Origin: Nibricoccus sp.
Lineage (GTDB): Bacteria; Verrucomicrobiota; Verrucomicrobiia; Opitutales; Opitutaceae
Direction of reading: 5' to 3'
NCBI GenBank assembly: GCA_047602425.1
Contig: JASGHG010000001.1
Span: 3,104,001-3,168,000 of the forward strand
Length of the DNA: 64,000 nucleotides
The notes beneath the pieces are model-generated. The model was given only the letters and a program-made list of their open reading frames with translations, was not told the DNA's origin and made no database searches. The translations under genes and the position numbers were made by a program. Of the stretch, positions 9,847 through 18,526 are shown piece after piece (position 1 is the stretch's first letter; each line of letters begins with the position of its first letter).

Positions 9847-11793
9847 TTATGGTGAGGATCTTAAATAAGCCCGAGCTTGTTCGAGAATCTCACGGGCGCC
9901 TGCGTGATCGGGGCGTACCCGGAGGGCGGCTTCATAATGCGGAATGGCTTCGGCGACGCGGTTTTGTTGGGCGAAAGCGTTGGCGAGATTGAGATGGGCG
10001 TCGAAATCGGCAGGGTTGAGCCGGAGCGCTTCGGTGAGTTCCTTTTCGGCCTCGGCAAACTGTCCCTGCGACGCGAGTACGGTGCCGAGCCCGGAATGAG
10101 CTTCGACGAGCTTGGGTGCCGAACGAAGCAGTTCCCGAAATTCGTTGATCGCCGCAGCGGGTTCACGGGCGCGGAAGAGCGCCTGCGCAAGCTTAAGGCG
10201 ATAGTCGATGGCAGTTGGTTGTAGACGGATGGCTTCGCGGTAGTGCGGAATTCCTTCAGCGACGCGGCCAGTTGAGGCGAGGGCAAAGCCGAGTCCAAAA
10301 TGCGCCTCGGGATTGGCGGGTTCAACGGCGAGGGCGGTGGCGAAATTATTCGCGGCGACAGCGGGTTGGCCGGATTGCAATTGGGCCCGGCCGAGGTTGA
10401 CGAGCGCGCTGGCGTAGCGCGGATCGAGTTGGACGGCATGCTGAAAGGTGGCGATGGCTTCGTCATTGCAGCCGGCAATAAAAAGGGCGGTGCCAAGATT
10501 GTTATATGCGCGTTTGGAAGACGGTAGCTTGGTGACAGTGTCCTCCCACAAAGTGACAGCGTCGCGGTAGTCGACATTGCGTCGGAATGTCAGGAGACCG
10601 AACAATACGGCTGCGCCAATAAACACCGGGATGCTGCGCCGTCCCAGGTAGCGAACCGAAATGACGACGGGAATTACAATAACCGCCGCGAGGGGAAGGT
10701 ACATGCGGTGTTCGGCCATCGTCTGTGTGACGATAGGAGCGAAGCTGGAACTGGGAGCAAGGACGGCGAAAAACCATGCGCCTGCGAGGCCAAGTGGAGA
10801 ATTTTTGCAGACGGCGTAAGAGGTCGCGCCAGCCAGCGTGAGGAGAAGTGCGGCTTGCGGCCAGATGTGAACCATCGAATCGATCGCGGCGGTGCCGTAG
10901 TCAAAAACGAGCGGAGCGGGCCAGATAGACAATCGCAGGTAGTGGGCGACTGCTTGGCATTGGGTGAGCGCGTAGGTCCAGGGGGTGATGTTTTCGGAGC
11001 TACCCACCGAGCCGCCGCGTCCATGTGTACTGACAATCAACGTGGCAAGGACGAACCAAGTGCTGGCAAGTGCTAGGTAATACCCCCGACGTTGGCGCCA
11101 AGCAGTCGCAATGGAACCACTCACGAGCGTGCGATCGTATAAAAAAACGAACAAGGGAGCAGAGATAATAATTTCCTTGCTGGCCATGCCGAGGAGACAA
11201 CTCGCCACCGACAGGCTTTGCCAGCGCAGCGGTTTTGACGAATCGATCGCTCGTAGAAAACAGTAGAGCGTGAGCAAATAGAAAAGCGACGCGAGCACCT
11301 CGGCGCGTTGGACGATATAGGTAACCGCGGCCGTTTGCAGAGGGTGCAATAGCCAGAGCGCACCGCAGGTGAAGGCGACGATATCGGCTGCGAAGCCCAA
11401 GCGTGGGCGGAAAGCTTCGCGGCGAAATGTCCGTCGCACCACGCCAAAGAGCGACAGTGCGGTGGCGAGGTGAAGGGCGAGGTTGAAAACATGGTAACCT
11501 CGGACATTAAAACCGCCGAGCGCATGATTGAGCGCGAGGGAAAGGTTGACCAGCGGACGTCCGCTGGCCGTCGTGCCGCCGGGAGGTCCGGCAAGCGTTT
11601 CCCATGACAGGAGTTTTAGGAGCGAGGGATTGTTTAGGATTGTACCTACGTCGTCGAAAACGAATGGTCCATTGAAGCTGTTGGACCAAGCAGCTATTCC
11701 CGCCGCAGCGAGCAACGCGGCAAACAGCCAGGTTCGTTTTCCGTTTTCGTCAACGGGATCGGCTCCGTGCGTGGTTGTCGTCGTAGGTTTCAC
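9847..11793 (-). CDS. TMTC-like GT-C membrane glycosyltransferase with C-terminal TPR array
   Basis: FVFDD, RPL, HPLQTAAVTYIVQRAE and AEHRMYLP motifs; many TMs; about 6 TPRs. Start overlaps the lipB stop (GTGA). Confidence 0.8.
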   Translation of the reverse strand: MKPTTTTTHGADPVDENGKRTWLFAALLAAAGIAAWSNSFNGPFVFDDVGTILNNPSLLKLLSWETLAGPPGGTTASGRPLVNLSLALNHALGGFNVRGYHVFNLALHLATALSLFGVVRRTFRREAFRPRLGFAADIVAFTCGALWLLHPLQTAAVTYIVQRAEVLASLFYLLTLYCFLRAIDSSKPLRWQSLSVASCLLGMASKEIIISAPLFVFLYDRTLVSGSIATAWRQRRGYYLALASTWFVLATLIVSTHGRGGSVGSSENITPWTYALTQCQAVAHYLRLSIWPAPLVFDYGTAAIDSMVHIWPQAALLLTLAGATSYAVCKNSPLGLAGAWFFAVLAPSSSFAPIVTQTMAEHRMYLPLAAVIVIPVVISVRYLGRRSIPVFIGAAVLFGLLTFRRNVDYRDAVTLWEDTVTKLPSSKRAYNNLGTALFIAGCNDEAIATFQHAVQLDPRYASALVNLGRAQLQSGQPAVAANNFATALAVEPANPEAHFGLGFALASTGRVAEGIPHYREAIRLQPTAIDYRLKLAQALFRAREPAAAINEFRELLRSAPKLVEAHSGLGTVLASQGQFAEAEKELTEALRLNPADFDAHLNLANAFAQQNRVAEAIPHYEAALRVRPDHAGAREILEQARAYLRSSP

Positions 11794-12467
11794 CAGCGTC
11801 CCGCTAGAAACTCAGGTAGAAGCGTCCAGAATTCGCGATCGAGTACGGCTTTCACCTCTTCGAGATCGCACGTTTTACCGACCTCGGCCTGCAACGACGT
11901 GACGGTGCCTTCCTGCGCGCCAATGCCACACGGAATGATACCGCTAAAATGCGCGAGGTTTGAATTCACATTCAGCGCAAAACCATGATACGTGACCCAG
12001 CGTTTCACGGCGACGCCGATGGCCGCGACTTTGCGTTTGCCGAGCCAGATGCCGGTTTTACCTTCGCGGCGCGTCGCGGCGAGACCGATGCAGCCGACGG
12101 CATTGATCATGACCTGCTCCAAAAAACGCAGGTATGCATGCAAGTCCTGACGCGGCGCTAGACTGATGATCGGGTAGCCGACGATTTGACCGGGACCGTG
12201 ATAAGTGATGTCGCCACCGCGATTCGTTTTCACAACTTCGACGCCTTCGGTCGCGAGTTGTTCGTCATTCCAGACGAGGTTGGATTCCGAACCACTCCGC
12301 ATCCCTATCGTGAAGACAGCTTCGTGTTCGGTGAAAACCAGCGTGTCGCCGATCGTGCCGGCAATGCGCTGTGCGACTAATTCTTCCTGTTTGCGCCATG
12401 CGGCTTCGTAGCGGGTGCGACCCCAATCGACAGTGGTGCGAGTGGGCGTGGGTGCCGGAAAGGACAT
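11790..12467 (-). CDS. lipB: Octanoyltransferase
   Basis: Motifs EHEAVFTIG, RGGDITYHGPGQ, KVAAIG, HGFALN and IIPCG. Confidence 0.96.
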   Translation of the reverse strand: MSFPAPTPTRTTVDWGRTRYEAAWRKQEELVAQRIAGTIGDTLVFTEHEAVFTIGMRSGSESNLVWNDEQLATEGVEVVKTNRGGDITYHGPGQIVGYPIISLAPRQDLHAYLRFLEQVMINAVGCIGLAATRREGKTGIWLGKRKVAAIGVAVKRWVTYHGFALNVNSNLAHFSGIIPCGIGAQEGTVTSLQAEVGKTCDLEEVKAVLDREFWTLLPEFLAGRW

Positions 12468-12528
12468 AGTTCGTAGAGGAAATCGAGACGCCCGCGGGGT
12501 CAAGCCGTCGAACAGTCCGCGCGTCGGA

Positions 12529-13785
12529 TCAGAAGAGAATAAACAACGACGCTACGCCCGCGACGACGGTCAGGCCGAGCATAATGCCGATGCGACGGCG
12601 AAGTTGCGGCGAGCCGAGGCTAATGGCGAAGCACGCTTTCATGATCGAGTTGGCGACCGCTCCCACGATCACGCATTTTGCGGCCATGTCGATTGGAACA
12701 GTGCCATCGCGAAGACTGTTGGCCATGAGAAGCGCGATCGCGTCCATATCGGTGAGACCGGAAAGAAAACTGAGTGGCAACAGGCTCGCGGTAAACTGGA
12801 GCGAAGTCGCGCCTTTGATGAGAAAAGCCACCACGGCGTAGAGCAGGCCGAACTTGATCGCGATGCCGAGACCGAGCGGATTGTGAATGTTTGGAGGCGT
12901 TACGCACGGTTTGTCTCCGTTGGGCTTGAGCCATTGCCAAAGTGCAAAACAAACGCCGGGCAACGCCATGGCGGCGAAGGGCAGTGCGAGCCGTTGCATT
13001 AGTTCGGGATTGAGCGCGGCAATCATCACCAAGACGCGCCCCAGCATCACCGTGCATGCCAGGATCACGGCTAGCGAATGACTGGAGCTAAGTTCTGGTT
13101 CGTCTTTGCTGCGCCGGCTGAACGCGAGTGTGGTCGCCGTGCTTGACGCCAGCCCTCCGACTAATCCCGTGACGGTTATTCCCGCCTGGGTGCCGAGCAA
13201 CCGCATCAAAATATAACCGGCAAAACCGAGGCCCGAGATCAGCACGACCATCAGCCATGTCGAATAGGGATTGAACGCGGCGAACGGGCCCATGGCGCGG
13301 TCGGGCACCAGCGGAAGAATTACACCGGTGATGGCGACAAACTGAAGCGCGGAAAAAATGTCTTCGTTGGTAAAATGGCGCGTCCAAGAATGCAGCGGCT
13401 GCTTGCTGCCAAGCGTCACCATGGTGAGCGCGGCGACAAGCACCGCCATTTGCTGGTGCCCCCAATTAACCAGCGCGCCGACGAAGCAAGTGAGGAGCGC
13501 CGCGACAAACGTGGTGCTGCCGGGATGGCCGTCCTTCCCATCGCGCCAATGCAGCATCGTCAAATGCCCTCCGACCAAGATGAGCGCCACGGGAAGAATT
13601 GCGGCCGAGTAGTGTTCCGACAAATACGCCGCCAGACAGCCGAGCAACGACCACAGAGTGGAAGTCCGCACGCCGACAAAGTTCATATCGCCGGGCTTGC
13701 CGCGTTGCTCGCTCCATTGACGGATCAAACCAATGAGGGCGCCGAAACAGGCGCTGACGACGATCATGCCGAGTTGAGTGCTCAC
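12529..13785 (-). CDS. MgtC/SapB family membrane protein with DUF4010
   Basis: GALIGLIRQ, GVRT, GGLASSTATT and SGLTDMDAI motifs; AGGAGG upstream of the GTG start. Confidence 0.85.
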   Translation of the reverse strand: MSTQLGMIVVSACFGALIGLIRQWSEQRGKPGDMNFVGVRTSTLWSLLGCLAAYLSEHYSAAILPVALILVGGHLTMLHWRDGKDGHPGSTTFVAALLTCFVGALVNWGHQQMAVLVAALTMVTLGSKQPLHSWTRHFTNEDIFSALQFVAITGVILPLVPDRAMGPFAAFNPYSTWLMVVLISGLGFAGYILMRLLGTQAGITVTGLVGGLASSTATTLAFSRRSKDEPELSSSHSLAVILACTVMLGRVLVMIAALNPELMQRLALPFAAMALPGVCFALWQWLKPNGDKPCVTPPNIHNPLGLGIAIKFGLLYAVVAFLIKGATSLQFTASLLPLSFLSGLTDMDAIALLMANSLRDGTVPIDMAAKCVIVGAVANSIMKACFAISLGSPQLRRRIGIMLGLTVVAGVASLFILF

Positions 13786-13896
13786 AACCTCCTATTATCG
13801 GCACAAAATGCCTCCGGCAAGATGCGAAAATGGGCCGCGGCATTCACCGTCGGTTGAACTGGCCAAGAGACAACGCGAAGCTCTACAGTTTTTCGC

Positions 13897-14865
13897 CTGA
13901 AAACCTCACGCCAGAAAACGAGCCATCACACCACAGGGGAACTGCACCCCCGTAATCCTCATCGTGAGGCATATGATTTTTTGCGTCTGATCCAGGCATG
14001 CCCGGAGCTGAAGCCATTTTTGCGCGCGCATCCACTGGGTGGTGAGGCGGTTGATTTCGCCGATCCAGAGGCGGTCAAAACGCTCAACAGAGCTTTGTTA
14101 AAGGCACATTACGGCGTTGAGCATTGGGATATTCCGGCCGGCTATTTGTGTCCGCCAGTTCCCAGTCGCGCCGATTATCTGCACCACGTGGCGGAACTTC
14201 TGGCGGTTGACGCTGGCTCGGTGCCATTGGGACCCGGTGTGCGCGCCATCGACATCGGGATGGGGGCCAATTGCATTTATCCGATTCTTGGCACGCGAAT
14301 ATTTGGTTGGAGCTTTGTCGGCTCGGACGTGGATCCCACCGCCATCAAATGGGCAAAACAACTGCTATCGGCAAATTCCATGCTCACGGGAAAAATCGAA
14401 TGCCGGCTTCAGCCCGATGCGCGGGCCATCTTTCGGCTGGTGACGCGAGCGAACGAGAGATTTGCGCTCTCGCTCTGCAACCCGCCTTTCCATTCGTCCT
14501 CCGCGGAGGCGGCGGCAGGGAGTTTGCGCAAACTCCGGAATCTGGGCGGCGGGATAAAACCCAGCCAGCCCGTTCTCAATTTCGGCGGTCGGCCCAACGA
14601 ACTTTGGTGCGACGGTGGTGAAGTGCGTTTCATTCGACAAATGATCAAAGAAAGCTCCGAAAATCCTGAGCTATGTGTTTGGTTCACGACTCTGGTTTCA
14701 AAAAAAGGCAGCGTGGCACTGATTGAACGGGAACTGCGACGGGTAAGGCCGGTCGACGTACGCACATTGACGTTATTTGCCGGGCAGAAACAGAGTCGCG
14801 TGTTGGCGTGGACTTTTCTGACAGCACTGGAGCGACGAAACCGGCTGAGATCGGTCAAAAGTTGA
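13897..14865 (+). CDS. rlmF: 23S rRNA m6A1618 methyltransferase; probable non-canonical CTG start
   Basis: Motifs LHPRNPH, YLCPPVPSRADY, DIGMGANCIYP, CNPPF, NFGG and WFTTLVSK. The start position is inferred. Confidence 0.9.
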   Translation: MKTSRQKTSHHTTGELHPRNPHREAYDFLRLIQACPELKPFLRAHPLGGEAVDFADPEAVKTLNRALLKAHYGVEHWDIPAGYLCPPVPSRADYLHHVAELLAVDAGSVPLGPGVRAIDIGMGANCIYPILGTRIFGWSFVGSDVDPTAIKWAKQLLSANSMLTGKIECRLQPDARAIFRLVTRANERFALSLCNPPFHSSSAEAAAGSLRKLRNLGGGIKPSQPVLNFGGRPNELWCDGGEVRFIRQMIKESSENPELCVWFTTLVSKKGSVALIERELRRVRPVDVRTLTLFAGQKQSRVLAWTFLTALERRNRLRSVKS

Positions 14866-14916
14866 TAAGTAAAATAAAAGATTGACGTATCAAATAACGA
14901 CCGCAGATTGAAGCGC

Positions 14917-15897
14917 ATGAAAATTGATCTGCACGTCCACGTCGTCGGTAATGGCTCGGGTGGGACCGGATGCTGGTATCGCCCGCGAGGATGGACGCGA
15001 CTGGGAGAGCCGCTGATGTTGCGAAGCTTCGGATTGCCGTCGTCGGCGCTGGGAGAAGATCTTGACCGCCAGTATGTCGCCCGTTTGCGCACGTTCGTGG
15101 CGAGTTCGTCGCTCGATGCCATTGTGATTTTGGCGCAAGACGAACCCCACAATGCGAATGGTAGAAAACTGGAGGGCGTGGGCTCATTCTACGTGCCGAA
15201 CGACTACGTACTCGGCCTCGCACGGGACAATCCGGAATTTTTAGCGGGCATTTCGATTCATCCCGCGCGGGAAGACGCCTTGCTTGAGCTGGAGCGGTGT
15301 TTGGAGGGAGGCGCCGCGTTGTTAAAATGTCTGCCGAACTGCCAAAATATCGATTGGGCAGATCGGCGTTACACGCGCTTCCTTGAACGCATGGCCGAAG
15401 CGGGGCTGCCGTTGCTCGCGCACACAGGCGGGGAGCATACTTTGCCGGTCGTCGACAAACGGCTGGCGGATCCGCGTGTGCTAACCAGGCCCTTGGAGAT
15501 TGGTGTAACCTGCATCGCGGCGCACTGTGGCACTGCGAGCTTGTTGTTTGAGCCGGACTATTTTCGGGTGTTCACCGAGATGGTTGCGAAGTACCCGAAT
15601 TTTTATGGGGACAACAGCGCGTTTTGTGTGCCGAACGGGCGATTGCGATGGAGGCACCTTGATCGCTGTTTGGAGGAACCGCTGCGCGGTAGAATACTTC
15701 ATGGTAGCGATTCGCCGGTTCCGGTTTGGGGACACGAGGCATTGCTTCGCGGACAAATCAGTCGACGCGCATTCAGGGAAAGCGTCCGTCAGAAAAATCC
15801 TTTGGAGCGTGACTACCAGTTAAAGCGTGCCATGGGTTTTCCCGAAGAAAGCTTTATCCGCGCCGCCGAATTGCTGCGGATGCCCGTGAGTCGCTGA
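14917..15897 (+). CDS. Amidohydrolase family (Amidohydro_2) protein
   Basis: Metal-binding DLHVH, LAHTG, AAHCG and HGSDSP. Confidence 0.85.
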   Translation: MKIDLHVHVVGNGSGGTGCWYRPRGWTRLGEPLMLRSFGLPSSALGEDLDRQYVARLRTFVASSSLDAIVILAQDEPHNANGRKLEGVGSFYVPNDYVLGLARDNPEFLAGISIHPAREDALLELERCLEGGAALLKCLPNCQNIDWADRRYTRFLERMAEAGLPLLAHTGGEHTLPVVDKRLADPRVLTRPLEIGVTCIAAHCGTASLLFEPDYFRVFTEMVAKYPNFYGDNSAFCVPNGRLRWRHLDRCLEEPLRGRILHGSDSPVPVWGHEALLRGQISRRAFRESVRQKNPLERDYQLKRAMGFPEESFIRAAELLRMPVSR

Positions 15898-15909
15898 ACT
15901 TTTTCCGCC

Positions 15910-17121
15910 ATGCAACCTGTTGTTGTCGCCAAACCCTATAAATTTATTCCGCCGCATCGGGGCAATCTATGGCCGGCGCTGCTGCGCATCCTGCGGCCGA
16001 GGCTCCTGCGCAGCGATGGCGTGGAATCCATCGAATGTCGTGGCGTGGAACGGTTGCGTGCCTCAGTGTCCGCTGGACACGGCATCATGCTGACGCCGAA
16101 CCATTGCCGACCGTGCGATCCATTTGTGGTGGCGTCGCTCGGTTATGAAATGGGACGCCATGTGCACATCATGGCCAGCTCGCATCTTTTCATGCAGGGG
16201 AGGCTGAAAAAGTTTCTGCTGCAGCGTGCGGGAGCTTTCAGTATTTATCGGGAGGGATTGGATCGGGAAGCGCTCAAATGTGCGTCGCAAATCGTGGCGA
16301 AGGCGAAACGCCCGCTGATGATTTTTCCGGAAGGTGTGATTTCGCGCAGCAACGACCGGCTTGGACCATTGATGGAAGGCACGGCGCTGATCGCACGCAG
16401 CGCGGCAAAACAGCGCGCGACGGCTGGCGGTGGCAAAGTGGTCGTGCACCCCGTGGCAGTGCGTTACTGTTTCGAAGGAAATCTTGAGGCGACCGTGACG
16501 CCAATGCTGGAGGCGATCGAGAAACGATTGACATGGAGCGTCCAGCGCGGGCTGCCGTTGGTGGAGCGTGTGGCGAAAATTGGTGGCGGCTTGCTGGCGT
16601 TGAAAGAGATCGAATTTTTCGGCGTGCCTCAGGTCGGCGAATTCGCGGAACGCATTCAGCGACTCATCGATCATCTGCTTTGTCCAATCGAAGCCACGTG
16701 GCTGAAAGGCCGGCGTGAAACAGGTGTGGTCGGCCGTGTGAAAGCGCTGCGCACGGCGCTCGTGCCGGAACTCGTGGCGGGCACTTTGTCGGCCGAGGAT
16801 CAAGAACGGCGCTGGGCGCTGCTCGCGAAACTCTACCTCGCGCAGCAACTCGCGTTTTACCCGGCAGGCTATTTTCGTCCGGAACCGACGCCCGAGCGCA
16901 TTTTGGAAACAGTCGAGCGTTTCGAGGAGGACATGAACGATGCGGTGCGCCGTGTCGGACCGATTCATGTGATTGTGGACGTAGGGGAGGCGATTGAGGT
17001 GAGTCCGGAACGCGTGCGAGGAGGCGAAGGCGATCCGTTGATGAACGCGATCGAACAGAAGATCGAGGCGATGCTGGCCAAATCGCTGACGGAGCGTTAT
17101 CCCGGTGCGATCTTACAATGA
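15910..17121 (+). CDS. PlsC-family acyltransferase
   Basis: NHCRPCD (HxxxxD) and FPEG motifs. Confidence 0.88.
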   Translation: MQPVVVAKPYKFIPPHRGNLWPALLRILRPRLLRSDGVESIECRGVERLRASVSAGHGIMLTPNHCRPCDPFVVASLGYEMGRHVHIMASSHLFMQGRLKKFLLQRAGAFSIYREGLDREALKCASQIVAKAKRPLMIFPEGVISRSNDRLGPLMEGTALIARSAAKQRATAGGGKVVVHPVAVRYCFEGNLEATVTPMLEAIEKRLTWSVQRGLPLVERVAKIGGGLLALKEIEFFGVPQVGEFAERIQRLIDHLLCPIEATWLKGRRETGVVGRVKALRTALVPELVAGTLSAEDQERRWALLAKLYLAQQLAFYPAGYFRPEPTPERILETVERFEEDMNDAVRRVGPIHVIVDVGEAIEVSPERVRGGEGDPLMNAIEQKIEAMLAKSLTERYPGAILQ

Positions 17122-17765
17122 GCCAGATTTTTCCTTACCTTGTCCGCATTGGTGCCGTGGCTATTGCCCTTGTGCTTTGGTTTTGGACGCAAAAGTTAAT
17201 CGGCTTAAAGGCGATGACGGGCAACAAAATCGGCGACCGAATGCACGACTGGACGGCTCCGTTGCATGGCTGGCTGCTGGCGAATCCACAGATGGCGAAT
17301 GCCACGTTGATTGCGACATCGGCGTTAATCGACGTCTTTGGACTTTTTTTAGTCGGCGCAGCGGTTTTTGGACCGAGCTGCCGCCCATTTGTTGCTTTGC
17401 TATTGGTTTTTGGTCTCCGGCAAATTTGTCAGGCAATTTGTACGCTGCCGTATCCGGACCGCCCGATTTGGAGAGATCCAGGTTTTCCGTCGCTGCTAGT
17501 GACCTACGGAACGAGCAACGATTTCTTTTTCTCCGGACATACCTCGATCGCGCTCATCGGCGCTTTGGAAATCGCACAAGTAGCGCCCACTTGGCTGGCG
17601 GTTTTGGCTGGTTGTGTGGCGGTCCTTGAAGCGGTCACGGTAATCGTGCTGCGCGCCCATTACACCATGGATGTTTTTGCGGCGGTTTTTGCGGCGTGGG
17701 TTTGTGAAATGGTTGCACGCCACGTGGCGCCGACGGTTGATGCCTGGCTCGGATTGCTGGGGTAA
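17118..17765 (+). CDS. PAP2-superfamily membrane protein, sphingomyelin-synthase-like
   Basis: TLP, DFFFSGHT and HYTMDV motifs; several TMs; ATGA coupling to the acyltransferase. Confidence 0.75.
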   Translation: MSQIFPYLVRIGAVAIALVLWFWTQKLIGLKAMTGNKIGDRMHDWTAPLHGWLLANPQMANATLIATSALIDVFGLFLVGAAVFGPSCRPFVALLLVFGLRQICQAICTLPYPDRPIWRDPGFPSLLVTYGTSNDFFFSGHTSIALIGALEIAQVAPTWLAVLAGCVAVLEAVTVIVLRAHYTMDVFAAVFAAWVCEMVARHVAPTVDAWLGLLG

Positions 17766-17768
17766 AGC

Positions 17769-18521
17769 CTAGGGATTTCGAATCTGCACGGCAGAATCCA
17801 TCGTCCAGTCATTGTGTCCGCCGCTCAATTCGTGGAAGATCGTTTGCGGCTTTGAGGTGGCAAGATTTTTGGCATGGTTGATCGGGATGACGGTGTCCGA
17901 TTTTTCGGCGTAGATTTCGAGCGGCCCACGGTAGTTGGCGAGTGCGGTGAGGTTGTTCCAGTTGTCGCGTAGAATGAGACGAACCGGAAGAAAAGGGTAA
18001 TGGCCGGCGGCGACGCGGGCGAGCTCGTCGTAGGGAACGATCAGGACAAGTTTGTCGGGAGGACGGGAACCAGAAGCGAGAAAGCAGGCAGGGCCGGAGC
18101 CAAGGGATTCGCCTAAGATGCAGATGGGATGACTGGGAAACCTTTTTTGGAGTAGATCATACGCAATGGTTGCGGCCTCATTGATCGATTTCATCGAAGG
18201 TTTGCCGCCGCGCAGTCCATAGCCGGGGTACTCGAGAATGTAGATGGAGTCATCTTGAGCAAAAAAGGGGAGCGCGGACGCACGATGGGCGGCTTGTCCA
18301 CCGTTGCCATGAAGCATGAGCCAAATGTTTTTTGGCGAGGTGACTTCGTGGGCATAGCCGATAATCTGGCCCTCGTGCATCCACGGAGTGAGTCCGGTGG
18401 CAAGGTCAAGATGCGATGGAAAATAGAGGAGCCTGCGTTGAACTGAGGCGCACCCAAAGAGGGAGAGCCCGGCGCCAGCGACAGCAGCCACGGTGAGTAC
18501 GATGCGGACGAAAGGTTTCAC
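17769..18521 (-). CDS. Alpha/beta hydrolase, possible lipoprotein
   Basis: HGNGG, YPGYG, GESLG nucleophile, DTVIP and GGHND motifs; LFGC lipobox-like sequence. Confidence 0.85.
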   Translation of the reverse strand: MKPFVRIVLTVAAVAGAGLSLFGCASVQRRLLYFPSHLDLATGLTPWMHEGQIIGYAHEVTSPKNIWLMLHGNGGQAAHRASALPFFAQDDSIYILEYPGYGLRGGKPSMKSINEAATIAYDLLQKRFPSHPICILGESLGSGPACFLASGSRPPDKLVLIVPYDELARVAAGHYPFLPVRLILRDNWNNLTALANYRGPLEIYAEKSDTVIPINHAKNLATSKPQTIFHELSGGHNDWTMDSAVQIRNP

Positions 18522-18526
18522 AATTC

